Of a stretch of 64,000 nt of DNA, positions 13,257-29,912 are shown piece after piece. The position numbers and the translations under genes are program-made. Under the pieces are notes generated by a model, which worked only from the letters and a program-made list of their open reading frames with translations, ran no database searches and had not been told where the DNA came from. Every line of letters begins with the position of its first letter. Within the stretch, counting starts at the first letter, position 1. The DNA is from Lama guanicoe (taxonomy: Eukaryota). Where the stretch lies: the NCBI GenBank assembly GCA_013239625.1, contig MU054212.1, positions 1,860,001 to 1,924,000 on the forward strand, in the 5' to 3' direction.

Positions 13257-14299
13257 GTCTATACTAACGGTAGGAAAGCGCGACTGCTGTATGTTCCATG
13301 AAACCCAAAATACACCGCAAAAGAAACCTGGAGTCCTGAAGGGTGAGTTTAACCGCTTAGTTTCGTCTGCTCGCAGTGGGCCTCAGGCCACCACCGCCAC
13401 AGTGCGGCGTTCTTTCAGTGAAAGACACCAAAGTTGCCACCAGCTCAGTAGCATTAGAATCTACTAATACAGTACAAAAGTGAATTTGTTGCAAACTTTT
13501 TTTAAAGAACATTAGATAGAAGCCAGTCTCTTCAGAATCTCTACAACTTTGATTTTAAGCTATGATGAATTCTGCTTCACCGCTTACATACTAGTTACCA
13601 GCATCATTTAGGTGCGCTGGCCAAATCCTCTACACTCTTAACGACCCAAATAACTTATTTTTCCACACCTATTGGAAAAAAACACTGTATTTTTTAACAG
13701 AAATTTAGGTTATTTTAATAAAACACACTTTCAAACATTAGTCTAACTCAGTCTATCTTCTGATTTAATTCACAAACAAATGTGACAGAGCAGAATTCTT
13801 TTTAGCAGTGATAAAAAGTAATATAGCAATTTTAACTTTGGTGCATTGACACGTTATAACATAAATTAAATGGAATTACCCATTCCTTTATATATTTTTT
13901 ATTTTACCTCCTTAATTTGCTATTTGTTCACTGATAGGATGACAATGGAGATGATAAACTGTAAATTCCTTATTTTGAAACATAATTCACACAAGTACGG
14001 TCTCCCCAGAGCCCGAGGAGGCGCAAAGCTGTCCCGAGGTCCTCAGTGTGGGTGGGGAGATGAAAGGGTAGGTGGGGCTCTGGGTCCCTTAGTCCTGCCT
14101 CAACCAGATCCATCACATCAGAGCCTCTTCTGGCTGTTTCAGGGATTCAATGCCAAAGAACAAGAAATCACCCCTGACCCATTTTAGTCCAAATAACTTT
14201 ACTGTAAATAATGATGCTCATGATAATGAAATAATTTTGAATTCCAGTCCATTCTCCTCCAAGGGTACCAATAAGATTGAACAAAAACATGCTACTCTT

Positions 14300-14440
14300 A
14301 CATCACTTCATCAGAAAAATGAGGATGCATATTAGACCCATTTTTCAGATGAAGTAATGGGGAAAAAAAGTTATTTTCCTTTTACAATAAATGACATTTC
14401 TGGGGTAGGATCCAGGTCTCTGACTCATACCAGTCTATTG
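14300..14440 (-). mobile_element. MIR fragment
   Basis: cccatttttcagatgaag...ccaggtctctgactc. Confidence 0.4.
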
Positions 14441-14974
14441 CTAAGAGTAATCAAAACAACCAAAGATTTACACTGTATGTAGAGTGTACACCTTACATTC
14501 AGACCTGTTATTTCATTTTTACCTAACTACAGCCCTGTTAAGTGGTACATTAGTCTACTATTTCTTCACATTTGAAGTTCAGAAACATCATGGATCCAGT
14601 GCCCAGTCACACATCTAGCAAGCAGGGCACTCAAGGCTAAAGCCAATGGGTTTGGGTCCAAAATTCGCAACTATAAGGCTGTCACTAAGTGACAATCATT
14701 CTATTCCGCTAAGTGGAATAAACATACCAGACAAGAGTATAGCTTCTTTCTTCTCTTCCCTTCTCCCTTCCAATTTTAAGCCCCTCAGGACAACAATAAC
14801 CTGGACGTCCATCCAGCCTGGAGCCCGTTGGGAACAGAGCATGAATAAAACAGGATTTGGGAGAATGGGCCGTGACAAGCGAGGTGAATGATCCCACAGT
14901 CCAATAAACCTGACCCCTAAGTCTATCACACTGGGTCAGAAGGTCCAATTATAGGTCTGTTCTAGTTCTTTTTA

Positions 14975-17678
<2,704 letters not shown>

Positions 17679-17810
17679 CTGTAAAGCAGACGGGACACTT
17701 GAAGGTGCCGCCCATCCCTTCGAAGCTGTGCTCGATCAGGTGACACTGGAGTTTGGCGGGGGAGTCAAAGGTCTGGCTGCAGAGCTTGCATTCATGGTTC
17801 AGTCCTTCAT
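17679..17810 (-). CDS. ZNF521: ZNF521 coding exon (third-last; exon 6 in the usual human numbering), C2H2 finger 28 and first half of finger 29
   Basis: Translates as (D)[43 protein letters not shown]. On the minus strand the acceptor is gccttcacag| (plus CT 17811-17812) and the donor is ACAG|gtagga (plus AC 17677-17678). 132 nt, phase 1 to phase 1. The residues GLNH, CSQT and LQCH match ZNF521 rather than ZNF423 as I recall the two sequences. Confidence 0.96.
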
Positions 17811-18654
17811 CTGTGAAGGCAAACATGTGAGGAGAAAGCTGAAACCCTTACATTGTGGACAGACCCGGAGTTAACTATCATTGCAGACAGTAAACTTTTT
17901 CCAGCCCCAAATATAAATGTGAAGTAGTAGATGTGGTTTCTGGTTATTTCACATTATTTATGAGTTTATATCAACTGAAAACATTTCTGGAATTTAAAAT
18001 CCAACCATAATCACAAGGCAGGTTTTATCTTGGGTAATGCATTTTATTAAGTTTTTAAAGTATAATTGATAGACCAATAGTGAGGCATCCCCTTGTCTCT
18101 AACTAGCAAGATTTTATGGGCTGTGTATTTCCAAAGCCCTAAAATAAAGGGCCCATAGAAAAATGAGCAGCTTCTTCCCTGGGCTGCTCCTCGGGTTTGT
18201 CTAGAAGGTTCTAGAGGCTTCTATTTCTAGCCTAATGTTTTCTCATTGATCCAGACTTTCTTTTTCTGGCAATTTTGAAACATAACTAATGCTTACAGTA
18301 TCCTAAGAATGCTGTTTTTTCCCTTCCCATCCCCCATATCTTCTCAGATCATTGCTCCTTTTACTTTGTAAGACAGTTTCAATTTTACCCCCAGATCTAG
18401 ACTCTGCCTTTCTCCAAAAGCCCTTTCACGAGCTCCAGGCTTACTTTTGACTAGTCTTGGATTTTTCTCTGATATTTTAGGAATAAGATGGTAGGAAAAT
18501 ATTTTGGTGTAATAATAATTGCTATATAAAATGAAGAGTTTGTGTTATAGACGGAAACCATTATTTTTGTTTTTTCTACATGAAAATGTTTATGAAATTA
18601 CAAACTTAAGGATTATTCTAACTGGTTTCAATTATAAGAAATGAAAGCCAGTAG

Positions 18655-18905
18655 CACTATAATGAACAACCTAACACTTCGTTGGTGCTTACTGTGTTCC
18701 AGACGCTGTTGTTCTAAGTGCTCACAGATACGAATTCATTTAATTTAACAACAACTATTGTTACTCCCATTTTACAGATAAGAAAAACGAGGCCCAGAGA
18801 GTTGAAGTGACTTCGCTCTGAGTCACAGGAGCAATACTTGGTGGAACCAGAACTTTAACCCAGGCAGCCTGGACTCAGGGGCCATGATCTTGGCAGGTAC
18901 GCCAC
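18655..18905 (-). mobile_element. MIR SINE, near full length
   Basis: gtgcttactgtgttccag...tcatttaat...cccattttacagataagaaaaacgaggcccagagagttgaagtgactt...gtcaca...aacccaggcag. Confidence 0.8.
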
Positions 18906-21900
18906 AGCATACACCAGCTATTCCCAAGACTCTCATTAGGAAAAGTGAAGGGTAAGACGTTGCAACTTAGCCTGAAATGTTATCAAGTTATACTTTTATC
19001 TTCTCTTATCTGCAATGAGTAAAAATGCTACTAAGGGAAATTTGTGTCCGATATTCTGGGTCTAGGGAATAAAAGACATAGTCACACCATGGGGGTGGCG
19101 AGTCTGTACTCCAAAGGTATTTGTTTTTATTCAACACAGCATGCATGGAGAAGCCCTTCACCAGTTGATATGACTGGCAACACAAAGGCCCAATTACAAA
19201 GTGAATTATTATTAGCCAACTAGGAGTGAAATCACTCTATTTGTATTCCTAATCTTTCTTCTCACACAACTATGAGTCTTTAGAAGCAGAGGGCTGGAAT
19301 TTGTAAAAAAGAGAAGCAAAGCACTAATTAAGCCACCCAGTACTGTCTGCATTTCACAGGAGATAAAAACCTGCTCTGTATTTGGGTGGCACAGTAAATT
19401 CCTTGATTATAATTATGTAAGGAGGAGTTTAAGTGTGCACACTGACACGACGAGGGGCTATACAGAAAGCTGTAGGGATTATATAAGATCAAGCGGTTTT
19501 CATCTGTGCCTCTCTCTCTCTTTCTTAATCCTAAAGGCACCAACATTTCCCCAAATTTTGGATATTAAGTTATATAAGGAACACTAGTATTGTAGGGAAT
19601 TGGGTCAGAAAGCTAATCATCAGAGATACTTGCCAAGTTTAAATGTCTTGTGTTTCCTCAGTGCTGTGTCCCTTTAGTGTGGTAGTAAGAAGGTGACTAA
19701 GAGCTCTAACTTCATCTTTACGTTATGCTTTCTGCCCAAGAACCGAGATGTGGTCTGTGGACGTGAGAAGGTATACCCATTTGTTTCAGAATTCTTCAAC
19801 TTGCGATATTAGTGAAGTAACATATATAGGCCTGGCGAGTTTTCTTGGGGCCAATGAAACAGCTTGACTGGTACATGAACGTAATGTAAATTACACAAGT
19901 AAGGATGGTCGTTAATGTGACATTGCCTTTCTCGACTAGGAGTATTTTGTTTGGAAAAATAATAGAAGGGAAAATAAATAAGATACATGCATATGAGCAC
20001 AAGGAGAATGTCCCTATCGATTTTTCTTTCTTTCCTGTCCAAAGATCAGGGAAGTTCCATCACAAAATGTCAAGCAATCCAAATTTAGTTCAGTGAATTC
20101 ACAAAAAGGTGACACAAACTCATAATGTATTTACGCAGCAGTAGAGCAGACAGATTTTTCATGAATTCCACCCTTTGCGAGGGCATTGACAGTGGTGATC
20201 ATGGCATTCCACATTTTCAGAGCTCTTTCTAGTTTAAAAGTGCAGTGTAATGTTGAAAAAAAACAAGTTGGAAGTTCGACCTGCCTTTTATTTCTAAGTT
20301 GCAGTGGAGGTTTTTTCCAACAAATAATTTGTCCTAGTTACTGGAGTAGGATAGAAACCCTAGCTGGATGATTACCCATCAAGTAATAGACAAGCAGAGC
20401 CAAGATGCTCCAACCTAGACATGAACAAACCCACCCACATCTCTCGCATTAACTTCGCTGCTCATCCCCCCATGTTCACACTTGCTCACCACCGCAGGGT
20501 CAAATGATGACGAATGAGAAGGATGGGGGACCCCAAACAGTTTTACAACTGGTTAATACAATTCATTTTGTCCCTTTTTATTTTCATTGAAGAAGAGGGG
20601 TAGAGAATCATGGCAAACTAATAAAACTTATTTATAATAAGAATTTCAGAAGTTTGTCCTCAGTCTTGGTTTAACTCGGATAACATTCATTCTATACTTG
20701 AATTGTGTGGTTCAGGGCAGTGTCTTAATTTTCAAAGAATTTTGAAAACACCCTTAGTCCCTGGGGGAGCCAGCTGAGTTCAGCCCTGTTTCCTTCCAAA
20801 ACTGAGCTTCTCTCCTTCCCGTTTGGTGGAAGGTCAAGAATAGTGCAGAGTAACTGTCTATGTGCATGAGGTGGCGCTATCGACACCTCCAGTTTCTGGT
20901 CAATTTAAGCCTTAGACTCAAGGACTTCGCCTACAAAGCCACAGCTTTCACCTTGTTTCCTAAAGGTGCCAAAAGCTTAAAAAATTCAATCAAAGTAACC
21001 ATTACTACTCTCCAGAAAGGTAGCAGCTGACAGTAATTGGTTAATACAGTCTGACTCATTTATTAACAAGAGATTCTGAGTCAATTGATTTAATAACCAT
21101 TACAATATTCCATTAAGAATGTAACAGGCTAGTGCAGCCCTACTTTTTATTAAGAGTTATAGGTGGCATCTACGGATGAAACTTCTAGATTTTTCTTCTT
21201 CTCTTTTGCTTCTCTATATTCTTCAGATTTTCTACAATAAGCATGATTTGCCTTTATAGGTTACTTTGAAAATTAAAGAATAGAAAACCACTACACCTTT
21301 TCTACACCTTACTAATAAAGATTGATTACGGCACTTATATTTTGAGTGCCAAAAAGTCAGACAGAAAAGGAGCAATATTATGGAGTATAGAAAAACTGAT
21401 TCTGAACATTAGACTGAAAAGTATTCTGGCCAAATGCATGTGAAAGCAGAAATTAGCACAGGGAAAGGGAGAGAGAAACATCACAGCGCATAGTAATCAA
21501 TTCAATGAGAAGAATATGCGGCTTTCAGTTTAAACCTGTATCCTTCCAGAACAAACAGAAACCCCCTCTCTCTCGTATACCAGAGCAGGGGAGCACGCAC
21601 ATGGCCAGCACTGGGGTCCAGTGTCAGGAAGGGCAAGACGGAAGCTCTTACCGCTGAGAATGTCTTGGCAGCCAGCGACTTCCTGTCCTGGTCAGCCACT
21701 TTAAAGCATGATCAGCAATGGCTTGGGTATAACTGAGAAATAATTTCACATGTATGTCAATTTCAGCTAAAATAATTATTTCCATTTGTTAATCTTCATT
21801 TAAGTGTGAACATGAATGTAAACAGGAATCAAATCTACATAGAAGAGACTGATGCTAACGTAAATATTTACTCCAATATTAAATGTTTCAAAGGGAAGAG

Positions 21901-24399
21901 TCTGAATACACAATTGCAGTACAACCTCACTGTCTTAGTAGGGAACGTGAGAACCATTCGCTACAATCAGGTGCTAGAAGAACAAAATCCGTTTGTCTAA
22001 GGCCAGTTCAAGGGGGAATGATTATTTCTGTCTCTCCAATTTATAAAACCTTGATGAACACAACTAGAAATCAGCCAGTTTTGTAACTGAAAAAAGTAAT
22101 CGTTACCATTGGGTGCCCGAACACAACCCACGTTCTAAGCTCCAACATGGCAACTGTTAACTGAATACAAGACACTGACATTTCACTGTAAGCTTTAAAC
22201 AAGAGAAACCCTTTAAGCAGCCTCCAGACTGTGTCCCATGTTTATACTCCTTTTCCTTCAATAAAAACAAAAACCTTGAGCAGCTACAAGCAAATGTTCA
22301 GTGGTTGACTTACATGCAGCTGTTATCCCAGGAATCACTGGGGGACCCCTAATATCGTCTGATCAACACTGCAGCCATTACTGAGGACCAATTTGTAACA
22401 GTTTGTAAGTAGAACTCCTTCCCTCATTTACCCTCGAGACTGGCCAGAAGGTTCCTCCAGCTTCTTCCACTGCATAAATCTATAGGCTAAAGTCCAAAGA
22501 TATAAGCCTCTCCTGGTGCATCATCACGTGGCAGGGGCCAGACTTAAAAGCTCTGATGTGAGTGAGAGTAAACTCTGCCCTCGGAATCCAAACAGAGGAA
22601 TCCAATGCCCTGCAGTTGTAATTTTTCCAGTTCGAATGTGTGTACCACTATATCCTTATATATATTTTTAAATCCAAGGAAGCTATGCCCTGAACCAATT
22701 CCCAACCCCCAACCTTTTACTTCGCTTCTCCTCTTCCCTGAGTTAATTTCCAAGCACACATTTATAAGCTAGGGGTCTGAGGAGTAACAAAGAAAAGCCG
22801 CATATGACAAAACTCACCCCTCGGCTATGCTGGCTCACCCTAGAAACTAGGAGTAGAAAAATAGGCAGACTGTACTGTAATTTGCCATGCACACAGCATC
22901 ACATCTTTCTAGGTCCATAGCGCTCGGGTCACCATAATTTGTTGCGTTCTATGCTGCACATATTTCACAACTGTAACGTAAACACACCGAGGTGCTGATT
23001 TGGCGATGGAGAATATTACTCAGCCCTCCAAGTCTGCCAGTAGATTAGTCATTAAGCCCCCAAAGTGAAAAAAAAAAAAAAAGGCAGCATTGGCGAGTAC
23101 TGAACACCGTGTGAACCTTTTCCTTACACGAGCTGAAAAGTTCTGCCCTATCCTTTTCCACAATTCGACGTGAAAATGAATGTTGCCTGAATACTGACAG
23201 AGCACTTTCTTGGATTTTGCTCACTGGCAATATGGGAAAGTCTGGCACTGTCAGTATTTCTGTGCCACACAGGAGAGGGGTATGAGGTTACAAGCATGAG
23301 ACTCCCATCAAGAGACAAAGGGCACTGGGAATTCTAAGAGTCAGTGAGCACCAGTCACCTCAGCTTTGACTATCCACGCAAAAGGTGCCTAACCCTTGGG
23401 CATGTCAAGGAAAGCAAAATGATAAACAGCCCACGTATCTCAGGCAGAATCTTACTTCAAGGAGACCTACAGGGTGCAGGTCTGCGCTGAACTCAGTTAC
23501 TACCTGCTTCTGGCCAATGGTCTAAAGGCTAGGATGCTTTTGGACTTTATAAGCAGAGCCACTGACACTGACACGGTTATTTCCTGTCTTGAACTTCTCA
23601 TTATCAGCAGGGCTGGAGCAGGAAATGATTCAGCTGGGGTAGGCTGCATTGTACCCAGCAGATTTTAAGAGCCCAGGGGCTGCCTAGAGCCCCATAAACA
23701 CCAGCAGCTTGGAAACTAGCAGGAGGTCCAGGTGGGTTGGGATGGGAGAGGCAGGCAGTGGGATTTTAGATGCTCTGAGATGCAATATCGTCCAATTCCT
23801 CGGCTATCATTATCAGTTGTGGGGAGCGGCTATTAGAATATTCTCTTGTAGGAGAAAACACTGGAATGCTGTTCAAATAGTACACAGTAAAACAAACAAC
23901 CCACTAAAAAGGTGGCTTCCTTCCACCTGTGGGGACTTGGTAGCGATACTTCGGCCCAAGTTTGGAATTCGGGCTGAGAACACAGACTAAATATGCCTTT
24001 CAGACCTGAGCTACAGGGACGTCTGCACCCTCAGGTCTGCACCCTTTTCTTTGCTTTCCTAATCTAAACATGGGCCCCCTGGCTGGAGTCTCAGAGTATG
24101 TTTGATACAATGCTGGCAAGCAGCTTTAAAGGCAGAACTTTGGGATTCGAATGCATTTATTAAAAACACCTCAAACGTCAGGCTTTGGAAAGGCTCTGAG
24201 AAAATCCCAATGAGCTCCCCTCGCCCCATCCCCCGAGGAAAAAGTTCTCAACCAAGAAAAGAAGAAAGTGCTACATGTTTCTTAGTTAAAACTACTGCTC
24301 GCTCTGGAAAAGCGAGGGCGGGGAACGGGGCGGGGGCGAGGATGGAGACCAACCAAGTCTGACACAGTCTCTAGTTCTGTTTGGAAATTAGGGTTATTT

Positions 24400-24580
24400 G
24401 GGCGAATGGTACAGCTCAGTGGTGGAGAGCACGCTTAGCATGAAGGGAGTCCTGGGTTCAATCCCCAGTGCCTCCATTAAAAAAAAAATAATAAGTAATA
24501 AAGCTAATTACCTCCACCCTCTCCATCCAACAAACAAACAAACAAAAATTATAAATATCATTTAAAAATATATTTAAAAA
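24400..24580 (+). mobile_element. tRNA-derived SINE, camelid Vic-1-like
   Basis: A-box-like cagctcagtgg and B-box ggttcaatccc, then cctccattaaaa...aaataaagctaattacctcc and an A-rich tail. Confidence 0.85.
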
Positions 24581-25004
24581 ATTAGAACTGTTTTTAAAAT
24601 ATTAGCTTATTGTATATGACTTTGATTTTACTATATGCCACTGTATTTCACTGCAAGGGGTCCAGTTTATTCGAACAGTCCATTTCCCCCCTTACTTTGA
24701 ATATATGAAAGTAAACCTTTTCTTTCATGAAGCTCTGTCACCTGATCTTTAGTGCTGCTCTGGTCTCTGCCTTGACAGAAAGTTTGTGGGCACACAAAAT
24801 AGTGTAAAAAAAAATTCACTTCCACTTTGCATAATAATTAGACATACAACATGATTGGAAATAACGTGCTCCCAATTTCCCAATTCAGTAATACGTTCCA
24901 GCTCTGGCTCTGCCTATTAGAAAGAGGCAGATGCTGGCCCCGGACACCTTAGTACCAGGAGAGTGCCAACAACTCAGTTTGGGGTTATCATCAATTCACG
25001 CTAC

Positions 25005-25120
25005 AAGGCTGGTCTCAGAAGGGCAAGGGCATTTATCTGTTTTGCGTATTGATGTTTGCCAAGTACCTAGAACAGTGCGTGGCTCATAGTTGAGACTCAG
25101 TAATTATTATTGAATCTGTA
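25005..25120 (+). mobile_element. LINE-2 3' end
   Basis: agggcaaggg...tctgttttg...acctagaacagtgcgtggctcatagt...actcagtaattattattgaat. Confidence 0.6.
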
Positions 25121-28114
25121 GGAAATATGTGCTTAGCTAGTCCTATCTCTAATTTCACCAGAACAAAATGCCAAGACTAACACCAAAACAATGTTTATTA
25201 TTTATCATTTTACAACTTTGCTCCAGTCCCTTGAACATTAAACCTTTTGCATGTGACAAATTTGGACCAGCCAAATTCACCTTATGCTGCTTGCCTTCAT
25301 TATTTTTCAAAAGAAGACTAAAATGCTCTGGCAGATAAAGCATTAACACAGTAACTATCTTATTTGCCAGCTTATCTCTGGCAGGAAACTTAACAGTCAA
25401 AACTTATCCCTTATTTCAAGAGGAAAAGTGTTATTCTGCACTTTATTTCTGAAATAGAAAAAAAGAGAACCATATGAAAGAAGGGATAATTACCTTTCAT
25501 TTGTCTCAAGTCATACATCCATGACCCACAGGTCACGTTTTAAGCAATTATTAGTAGTAGTTATGCATTCTTGTATTACGATGCTCTGTTCTTTTACTGA
25601 TTGGTTAAACCAGATATATGCATTTATTACACTTTTTGCTTAAAATTTCTCTTGTTTGCCATTAAATACTTGCTATTAGTGCCCTCACATCAGGGGCTTT
25701 CGACACTGGTGGAAGCCTAGGTGTACTGTACAAAAAACCCCACACAAATTGGAGAAATCGAAAGAGGGTAGTTCATGCAGCACAGACTAAGTGTAACCTG
25801 TTTTACAGATAAATCTGTCGGGAAAACACCTTGGAGAGCCGCGAAGGTGCGGCAGTCAACAGGAACCCCGCGCAGCAGGGGCCGGCCGTGCCGGCCACGT
25901 GCCGGCCACGGCGCTCAGCAGGTGTGTCTCTGTGTTCTGTGCTGAGTCTATGGCCAGAGTCGGGCCTCTCCTTTCCTTTTCTTTTTTTCTTATCTTCTTC
26001 TTGGCATAAAGCCACTAGTTATCTGGAGGAGAAAGTCTCTCAACATTGAAAATCTGTCTATTCTCGCTAGAAGGCATAGGTTGCTATTGCTGATGATTTA
26101 AAAACAAAAAACCAAAACCAAAACAGAAAACCCCAAATCAAACAAAAGAAGCGAGGTTCACCAGCTTTGGTGACGACTGCAGATCTCAACAACCATGGGG
26201 TTTTTGGTGCCCATAGATTTAAAAAGAGAAACCCTCCAGGCATTTCCAAAGCTAATTGTCATTCTAAGAAATTTGTATTATTGATGACTTATGGCAAAGA
26301 TGACATCTTTTCTCCTAACCCGTGGTGTTCAGGATCAGGATAAAACACCAGAGCACACGGCTAATCTACAGTGAGGCATGAGGGTCAAAGGTGGGGGCAG
26401 TACCCTCAGATTTCCAAGGGGCCTTATCCTGCGCCCTTCACTCCGCCTGTGGCAATCCTGAGAAAGTCCTAAGCAGCAATGCAAAAAAAATCACAATACT
26501 GCACGTTATTTGCAAATGACTCACATTTTTATTGTTCTGTTGGTGTGACCTCAGAAACTTGGCCTTGAAGAATAAAAAAAAAAAAGGCAATGGTGTAATA
26601 AATGCAGTAAGATTTCTAAAAACAGTTTATTGGAAATGTGCTGTGAAACTGGAATTCTTCTAATCAAACGATGCCACCCCTCAGAGAAATTTTCCTGTGC
26701 ATTATTAAAGTGATAGACTGCAGTACTAGTTAGAGCTCCATAACCTTTAAATTGCCCGATTGTAATTAAGGCCACTAGTTTTATTTAGGAAGGTTCAAGG
26801 AGGCTCAATTTAAGTTGGCTTAACTAGTGTGAATTTAATGTCATGCTGCCAGAAGGCAGAGGAACTCTCTGGCCTGGCTGTTCTGTGGCACACGCAGCTG
26901 TGGGGTCATGAATTCTAAATTAAGCCCAGATTTAAAGGAACTACAGACATCAGAAGTAGCGGAGTGTGTTCAAGTACACATCCCCATGTTTGCGTATGGA
27001 CTTCATTCATTCACGCATTCATTCCACCGGCAGCTTCCTAATTTGGGAACCTAAATACATCTGATTGTTTGTAGTGTGAGTAGAAGGCATAATGATCAGT
27101 TTCACTGAAAGATGTGGCTTAAAGCAATGCCCAGTCCTCATTCATGATTTAAAATAAAATTGCATGTAACAGAGTTGTAAAGGCAGGAATGTTATTCACA
27201 TTATCAAAGAAACTCTAGGAAGGACCATGTACAGTTAGGGACCTGAGGAGAAAATACAGGGAACAGTTGGGACAGGCCACCAAATGGAGGGCTGAAAATA
27301 ATATACAAACGTCACTGGAAGAGCAGCAAATCAAGGACTGAAAACGAAAGATAAGAGAAAATGAAGGTCCTCGGCACAGAGACCAGGAGAACCGAAGGGC
27401 AGTGGCAGAAAGAAAACCCTTAAGGATCTGACCCGTGTTCAGATTCTGACTGGCTGTGAGCTCAAAAACATTCATCTCTGGATAGAATGCTGGCGATTTC
27501 CCGTAGCTCCAACGGCAATAATGACAAATGAATTTCTTTACAGCCAAGTGGCTCAAGCAGCTAACTACGTTACCACTACGTAATTAATAACAATAAGCAA
27601 TCAAAGAGGACAGCGAGTTACAACTATAAGGTGTCAAAATATATTAGCAAAGGAAAAAACCTGCAACAACACACTTAAAAGAAAAAAAGTACAGTGTGTG
27701 AATCTATGTATAGTTTCTTCTTCCACACTCTATTGTCGCTGAAGCTTTTTATGCTTGAAGAAAAATAGAGGACGACATAAAACTCCTGTAAGGTGATTAA
27801 CATCCCTACAAAAACAAATAGCGCCCCCGATGCTCAGAGAAACCTGAAAAGTGATACGGGAAACAGGATTGTGAGGGCGCAGGAGAGCCGGCTGCCCACG
27901 ATCTGGCTTTCTCCTTTTACCAAGAAATATCCTAATAAATACCTCCCCAAACTGTATTTGTTGGCTCAAATGTTTTCAAAGATCCCAGAACGCTGTGGTT
28001 TTGTTTTTTTTCTCCATGTAAAATGGAGGAGAAGCAAAAAACTAGGAATGTGTAGGAAAAAGGAAAGCGTAAATGTATATATTTGGCTAAATGCTGAAAT
28101 GTTTGATAAAGGTT

Positions 28115-28275
28115 AGAAGGGCCTTTGGAGACAATCTAATTAACTAAAGACTTGTTGAAAAGGTGAGAAAATTGAGACTAGAGATATTAACTGATGCACC
28201 CACCATGGCAAAGCATTTGGTCACGGCCAGTACCAGAATTCAGAGTTCCTGAGTTCTAGTTACTGCACTGTCCCG
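28115..28275 (-). mobile_element. MIR/MIR3 fragment
   Basis: gaagggcctttggagacaatcta...aggtgagaaaattgagactagagatattaactga...agttcctgagttctag. Confidence 0.5.
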
Positions 28276-29211
28276 CCAATCCCTCATTTCAAAAAAATTT
28301 CCTCCCTCTGAACTACAGCAATTTAAGTCATCAGTTATGCAGAGCAAAAGTTCTCGTCACTCTGGATCTCTCACTGAAGTGCAAAGAGCTATTTGTACTT
28401 CCACGCCACCTGGTCAGTCCTTGGCTCCCCGACAAGACAAAGCCTGAATGGATTCCAGGCCGCATCGTCTCCTAGTCCCTGACCAACTAGGTGCGCACCA
28501 TTGAGGTCTGCTGCCCTTGCGAATGCCCTCCTCTCCCTTCAGGAAGGCAGGGCCTTAGCTGATACGCAGCACCTGTTGGGAGTGGAAAGTTAAATTCCCC
28601 GTATCTCCCGATTCTGCGGAGGCTCTTGGAACACGTTCCTTGGTAAAGCGCTCTGGGCTGAGCCGTCAGTGTGAACGGAACACTCGTGATTACACAGCTT
28701 ACGACACTGAAGGCATCACGGCTGAGGACTGCTGCCTGCTCCCAGGGAAGTCACCAGCGATTCGGTTAAACTGTCACCTGAAACCCTGTGGAGACTGGGC
28801 TTGAGGCTCTCCTTTATGGAATCATCATTATTCAGAAACAAAGACTGGTTCCTCAATTCTCTTCTGCCTGTAGCTAATTACACTTCTTTAAGTGCCTGAA
28901 TCATCCCCTGATATTGTACAAAATGGAGTATTTGGGAAGAAACTGGGACTCCAAGCATATCCTAAGTGTGTGGCTTACTAAAAATCCAATGCCGTACTTA
29001 CGTACGGAAAACAGGTTAGTTCAATATGTTCCTAACCTACGTTTCTCTCTTGGGTATCATTCTGGACTCACCAGCACATCTAGACACTATATGCTGAAGC
29101 CAAGATGTTACTGGCATACCAATGAATCATACTCATTCTTATCTCCTCTGTCTGTTTCCTGTCAGTCAGGAGAGAGTTATTATCTACTGAGATGGAAAAA
29201 AAGAGACAAAA

Positions 29212-29282
29212 GGGGTGGGGGGAGTGGGGGAGGGAGGGAGGGAGGGAAGAAGGAAGGAAAGAACGGAGGAAGGAAGGAAGAA
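29212..29282 (+). repeat. G-runs followed by a (GGGA)n/(GGAA)n purine-rich tract
   Basis: ggggtggggggagtgggggagggagggagggagggaagaaggaaggaaagaacggaggaaggaaggaag. Confidence 0.85.
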
Positions 29283-29752
29283 CAGTCGACAGATTCACGA
29301 TTGTTACAAAGATTTCTGTCTTACTTCTACTGAGCTTGGAAGTACGGTGAAGAAGCAGATATTCTTAGGTATTTTGTTAGGTCAAAAACCAAAGCTAAAG
29401 ACTATGAAATGGGCCTAACAAAAACCATGGATTAGTTAATAAGTGTATCTGTTAAATGAGGAATGAGACATAATAAGGATAGCAACTTTCTTGGATAGTA
29501 ATTCCTTATATTACCTTCTGCAAAGCTATTGAATATTTCTAAGACTATAATGCCAAATTATAAAGATGCTTTGGGCACAATAAATTTTTAATCCTCTGTC
29601 TTTATGACAATTTTTCTAAAACCTGAACCAGCTCACTCACGAGCTGTTTTAAATATTTAAATACTGTATATTCTGTCAATATAAAGAAGGCTGATAATTT
29701 CCTAGCACAAAAGGAAATCTATTGGAAAAAAAGTCACTGAAATATCTACCAA

Positions 29753-29912
29753 GGGGGAGGGTATAGCTCAAGTGGTAGCGTGCATGTGCACGAGGTTCTG
29801 GGTTCAATCCCCAATATCTCCTCTTAAAATAAATAAACCTAATTATTGCCCCCCTTGTCCTGCCAGAATAAAAACAATTAAATAATACAATAATAAGTAA
29901 ATAAAATAATTT
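29753..29912 (+). mobile_element. tRNA-derived SINE, camelid Vic-1-like
   Basis: gggggagggtatagctcaagtggtag...ctgggttcaatcccc...aaataaataaacctaatta with an A-rich tail. It has a short internal deletion relative to the 24400 copy and degenerate flanking repeats (aaatatctacca and aaaagtctatca). Confidence 0.85.

Noticed and set aside
24400..24480. tRNA-like sequences here and at 29753-29820
   Set aside because: No proper cloverleaf or acceptor stem, and both are followed by a SINE body and A-rich tail. They are SINE heads, not tRNA genes.
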